64,000 nt of DNA, from the NCBI GenBank assembly GCA_963675755.2, contig CAXXMD010000003.1:1440001-1504000 (forward strand). The letters are read 5' to 3'. Source of the DNA: a bacterium. Lineage in GTDB: Bacteria > Zhuqueibacterota > Zhuqueibacteria > Residuimicrobiales > Krinioviventaceae. The notes below the pieces were generated by a model that did not search any database, was not told the origin of the DNA, and saw only the letters and a program-made list of their open reading frames with translations. The number at the start of each line of letters is the position of its first letter. Position 1 is the stretch's first letter. The translations under genes were made by a program, and so were the position numbers. Below, piece after piece: positions 59,579-64,000 of the stretch.

Positions 59579-61458
59579 ATGAATACAGATAATTTTGATG
59601 TTATTGTAATTGGTGCCGGCCACGCGGGCTGCGAAGCTGCTTTGGCTTCTTCCAGAATGGGATGTAAAACATTACTCATTACAATGAACTTATTCACCGT
59701 TGCCCAAATGTCTTGTAATCCTGCTATTGGTGGATTAGCCAAGGGACATCTTGTAAGAGAAATTGATGTAATGGGAGGGGAAATTGGTGTTGTTTCTGAT
59801 GATTCAGGTATACAGTTCAAAGTCCTGAATAAATCAAAAGGGCCGGCAGTTTGGTCTCTCAGATCTCAAAATGATCGTTTGGAATATACCATGTTTATGA
59901 AAGCTGCTCTGGAAAACGAACCTAATCTTTTTCTAAGACAGCATGATGTCCAGGGATTAATTGTAGATAAAAATGAAATAAAAGGTATAGTTACTGATAT
60001 AGGAACAAAGATACACGCAAAATCTGTTATACTCTGTTCCGGTACTTTTTTAAAAGGATTGATCCATATAGGTCTTACGCATTATCCCGGAGGACGATCC
60101 GGTGAACTTGCATCTAATCATCTCAGTCAACAATTCCGTGATTTAGGATTTATTGTAGGTAGATTAAAAACCGGTACACCTCCCAGAATAGATGGAAGAA
60201 CTGTCGACTTTGGTATGATGGAAATTCAGGATGGAGATCCGATACCCGTACCATTTTCACATAAACATGATAAAATTGAAACTGAGCAAATACCCTGTTA
60301 TTTAACAAGAACCACACAAACAACTCATGATATTTTAAGATCCGGTCTTGACAGGTCCCCTTTGTTTACCGGTGTCATTCAGGGGATAGGACCCAGATAT
60401 TGTCCATCAATAGAAGATAAAATACATCGTTTTAGTGATAAACCCAATCATCAGATCTTTTTAGAACCGGAAGGTAGAAATACAACTGAATATTATTTAA
60501 ATGGATTTGCTACAAGTCTGCCTGAAGATGTTCAAATTAAAGGTGTACATCCATACCCGGTATGGAAAAAGCAAAAATAACCCGTTTAGGGTATGCTATA
60601 GAATATGATTATTTTCCACCAACCCAGTTGTTACCTACATTAGAAACCAAATTGGTTAAAAACCTGTATTTTGCCGGTCAAATTAATGGTACATCAGGAT
60701 ATGAGGAAGCTGCTGCCCAGGGTATGTTAGCGGGTATTAATGCAGTATTAAAAATTATAAATGAAGAACCGTTTGTTCTCGATCGATCAGAAGCTTATAT
60801 GGGTGTTCTTGTAGATGACCTTGTTACAAAAGAATTAGAAGAACCCTACCGTATGTTTACATCCAGAGCTGAATACAGACTTTTATTAAGGCAGGATAAT
60901 GCTGATATTCGTCTTATGGAATATGGATACAAGTTTGGAATGATTGATTCTGCAACTCATACCGATTTATTAAAAAGAAAAGAAGAAATAGAACAATCCA
61001 TGCTCCAATTAAAACAACGTCCATCCATTGAGGATGCAAATAAAGTTCTGGAACGAAAAGGATCTTCATTAATTAAAGAAGTAGAGACGTTAGAACGATT
61101 ATTAAAACGACCGGAAATATCTATTACAGATTTTGCAGAAATTCATTCTCATCCGGTATTTTCTAATAAAGCCAATAAATTCTGGCAAAAGATACAGGAA
61201 CAGATTGAAATTGAAACAAAATACGAAGGTTTCCTGGAAAGACAAAAAAGTCAAATAGAAAAGATGAAAAACCTTGAAGAAATGAATATACCTGAAGGTA
61301 TTGATTATATTTCTATATTATCCATATCCACTGAAGGAAGAGAAAAACTTGCACGCATACAACCTAAAACCTTGGGACAAGCTTCCAGAATATTGGGTGT
61401 ATCACCCTCTGATATTTCAATTCTTATGGTTTACCTTAGTAAATGGAAAAAAGCATAG
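59579..61458 (+). CDS. mnmG: tRNA uridine-5-carboxymethylaminomethyl modification enzyme MnmG/GidA, split by a 1-nt frameshift near 60550
   Basis: ORF1 has GAGHAG, MSCNPAIGG, GPRYCPSIEDK; ORF2 has GYAIEYDY, AGQINGTSGYEEAAAQG, FTSRAEYRL. Confidence 0.92.
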
Positions 61459-61460
61459 AA

Positions 61461-61476
61461 TGTTCCACGTGGAACA
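61461..61476. other. parS: parS centromere-like site
   Basis: Perfect palindrome TGTTCCACGTGGAACA. Confidence 0.9.
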
Positions 61477-61506
61477 ATTCTATATGATAAATAAATTAAT
61501 TTTGAA

Positions 61507-61522
61507 TGTTCCACGTGGAACA
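61507..61522. other. parS: parS centromere-like site
   Basis: Perfect palindrome TGTTCCACGTGGAACA. Confidence 0.9.
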
Positions 61523-61533
61523 TTGAGGAAAGC

Positions 61534-62172
61534 ATGTTAAAAGAAAATCAGGATGCATTAATCCATTTAAAAGAGCAATTTACCCTCACAGATGAACAAT
61601 TTGAACAATTTACTCAATATACTCTATTATTAGAGCAATATAATATCCATACCAATCTGGTGTCTAAAAATGATATGGTTAAATTGGTCTCCCGGCATAT
61701 TTATGAGTCACTACAGATACTTTCTCTGGATTATGTGAAAAATGCCAAGAGTATAATGGATGTTGGTTCAGGGGGTGGTTTCCCTGGAATTCCGGTTGCT
61801 ATCATGATATCTGATGTGTATATGAATCTTGTTGAATCCAGAAAGAAAAAAGCAGTCTTTTTGCAACAGGTTTGTGATACATTAAAGTTGGATAATACTC
61901 GGGTATTTCCTGAAAGAGTTGAAGATCTAAGTCTGGAAACAGTTTCAGGACCTTTGGATGTTGTTATGGCAAGAGCTGTGGCTTCTTTATCCCGTTTGTG
62001 TGAATGGTGTATGCCTTTTTTAAAAAAAGGCGGTTCTCTTGTTACATACAAGGGGATAGATATAGAAAATGAATTAAAAGAAATAAACCAATATAAAAAT
62101 ATTAATAGAATGCTTGTACCCGGACTGGATGCGAGCGAACAGAGATATTTTATACAGATTATTAAAGATTAA
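61534..62172 (+). CDS. rsmG: 16S rRNA m7G527 methyltransferase RsmG/GidB
   Basis: DVGSGGGFPGIP, VESRKKK and ARAVA motifs; follows mnmG. Confidence 0.95.
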   Translation: MLKENQDALIHLKEQFTLTDEQFEQFTQYTLLLEQYNIHTNLVSKNDMVKLVSRHIYESLQILSLDYVKNAKSIMDVGSGGGFPGIPVAIMISDVYMNLVESRKKKAVFLQQVCDTLKLDNTRVFPERVEDLSLETVSGPLDVVMARAVASLSRLCEWCMPFLKKGGSLVTYKGIDIENELKEINQYKNINRMLVPGLDASEQRYFIQIIKD

Positions 62173-62194
62173 CTGAAATTTATCGGAATTTATT

Positions 62195-64000
62195 GTGACT
62201 GCGAAACAATTGCTCGAGATTGTCTCGTCCAGTAAACCTTTTGTTCGTGTATTGGATAAAATAAATGAACAACGGGATTTTGCTGTTACGGGGACTCCAT
62301 TTATTGCTCAGGCGCTCATAACTGCGTCATTATTTAAAAAGACTTCAAGACCTATAGTATTTCTAATGCCGGATGAAAAGGCCGTTAAACTATTCACCCA
62401 GGACTTGCAATCCCTTCTTGGAGAAGATCAGGCGCTTTTTTTCCCATCATACAATCGTCAAATGTGGAATGAATTGGGTCCTCCCAGTACACTTGTAGGG
62501 CATCGATTACGTGTATTAAAGTCATTGGTATCAAAAGAAAATAAAATTCTGGTGGCTCAACCCGGTGCTTTATTGGAAAAGGTTTCCCACCCTGATATTG
62601 TTATTCCCGAACAGATTCTGTTAAAAACCGGTGATGAAATTGATTTTGATACACTGATCCAAAAACTGGTTAAAATGGGCTATGTACGGGAAGATAGAAT
62701 TGATCGTCCCGGTGAAATGAGTGTAAGAGGTGGGTTAATCGATGTGTTTTTATTTGAGAGTGAAATACCCTATAGAATCGAGTTTTTTGGTGATGAAATA
62801 GATTCTATTCGTAAAATTGATATAGATACTCAAAAATCCACAAAAAGAATAGATAAAATAGATATTTTTCCTTTATATGCTGCCGGAATGTACGGTCCAT
62901 ATGACGACCATCCTGAGGATCATGTGCTGTTTGATGCAGCTTTTTTGGATTATTTGCCTGAGAATGCCCTTATATGCTTTGCTGATTATGCTACTGTTAG
63001 TAACGATCTGGATAACTATGAATCAGATATTAACTATCGAATGCAGGGATTTGCACATGAACACAAGATAGAATCATTAAAATATCACGATTTTTATCTA
63101 GGGTATAAAACACTGTTAAAACAGGCTAATGATTTTATGAATATAGAATTTGCATTGCTTCAGCAAACATTTTCAGAAAATGTGCCTTTTCAGATTAAAA
63201 CCGCACCTTTTTTTGCCGGCAAGTTTGATCTGTTTAAAAGGGAAGTAGATCAGCAAATTTTAACCTGTCCTGTTGAATCTCCTCACTATTTATATTGTTG
63301 TGATTCTGAAAGCCAGGCAAGCCGTATTTCTGACCTGCTTGTTCAGGAAGATATGCCTCAGGAACTAGAAGCAATTATTTTAAATATATCGGAAGGTATG
63401 TTATGGCCTGAAACAGGATTGTATTTATATACCAATAAGGAATTATACAGCAGAAATAAGCTTCCAAAACAGGATAGAATAGACAGTCGCAAAGTATCTT
63501 TACGTGATCTTTCCGCAATGAATTTTGGTGATTATGTAGTTCATGAAGACTATGGAATCGGTATTTTTAGAGGTTTAAAAAAGATAAAAGCGTATGGTAA
63601 AGATCGTGAATGTCTACTTTTGGAATACCAGGATAACGATTCGCTATATGTACCTCTTGAAAAAATGCATAAAGTTCAGAAATATTCGGGTAAAGACAGT
63701 GCTGTGCCGCAGCTTAATAAATTGGGTACTTCTTCATGGGAAAAGCTGAAAAAACGCACAAAACAGAATATCAAAGATGTAGCTGCTCAATTAATTAAAC
63801 TCTATGCGTCCCGCAAGATGCAAAAAGGCCATGCATTTCAGGCAGATACAATATGGCAAAAAGAACTGGAAGCATCATTTGAATTTGAAGAAACCCAGGA
63901 TCAATTGAATGCCATTGAAGAGATAAAAAAGGATATGGAATCCGAAAAAGCCATGGATCGGCTGATTTGTGGAGATGTAGGATTCGGAAAGACAGAAGTT
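62195..64000 (+). CDS. mfd: Transcription-repair coupling factor Mfd (N-terminal part; runs off window)
   Basis: Manual reading from GTG 62195: GEMSVRGGLIDVF, RIEFFGDEIDSIR, GDYVVHEDYGIG, FEFEETQDQ, MDRLICGDVGFGKTEV. Confidence 0.93.
   Translation, partial: MTAKQLLEIVSSSKPFVRVLDKINEQRDFAVTGTPFIAQALITASLFKKTSRPIVFLMPDEKAVKLFTQDLQSLLGEDQALFFPSYNRQMWNELGPPSTLVGHRLRVLKSLVSKENKILVAQPGALLEKVSHPDIVIPEQILLKTGDEIDFDTLIQKLVKMGYVREDRIDRPGEMSVRGGLIDVFLFESEIPYRIEFFGDEIDSIRKIDIDTQKSTKRIDKIDIFPLYAAGMYGPYDDHPEDHVLFDAAFLDYLPENALICFADYATVSNDLDNYESDINYRMQGFAHEHKIESLKYHDFYLGYKTLLKQANDFMNIEFALLQQTFSENVPFQIKTAPFFAGKFDLFKREVDQQILTCPVESPHYLYCCDSESQASRISDLLVQEDMPQELEAIILNISEGMLWPETGLYLYTNKELYSRNKLPKQDRIDSRKVSLRDLSAMNFGDYVVHEDYGIGIFRGLKKIKAYGKDRECLLLEYQDNDSLYVPLEKMHKVQKYSGKDSAVPQLNKLGTSSWEKLKKRTKQNIKDVAAQLIKLYASRKMQKGHAFQADTIWQKELEASFEFEETQDQLNAIEEIKKDMESEKAMDRLICGDVGFGKTEV

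Overview
This window is the chromosomal replication-origin region of an anaerobic-type, carbohydrate-degrading Gram-negative bacterium. FlgD/T9SS-like C-terminal domains, bacillithiol genes and gene order suggest the FCB group (KSB1/Calditrichota-like); this is inference only. The right third holds a well-formed oriC (DnaA boxes, DnaA-trios and an AT-rich unwinding element at about 49.85-50.35 kb, with no dnaA in the window). It is followed by tRNA-Phe, nifJ/PFOR with a DHODH-like partner, rpmH-rnpA-yidD-yidC-mnmE-mnmG (frameshifted), two parS sites, rsmG and mfd. The left two thirds hold ldh, nagB, lnt, a methyltransferase-bshC-bshB1 operon, CAZymes (GH2, GH13, PL8, PL14-like, sialidase-like), a sulfatase, a Gfo/Idh/MocA-DoxX-DUF1080 group and a putative wHTH/nucleotidyltransferase toxin-antitoxin pair. 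The least explained structure lies at 2.6-8.4 kb. There, a GxxExxY (PD-(D/E)xK-like) gene sits in an array of oriented 10-bp-period repeats that delimit cassette-like segments. Next to it, two 222-bp structured direct repeats flank an AT-rich secreted-protein gene. All calls were made by eye, without database searches.
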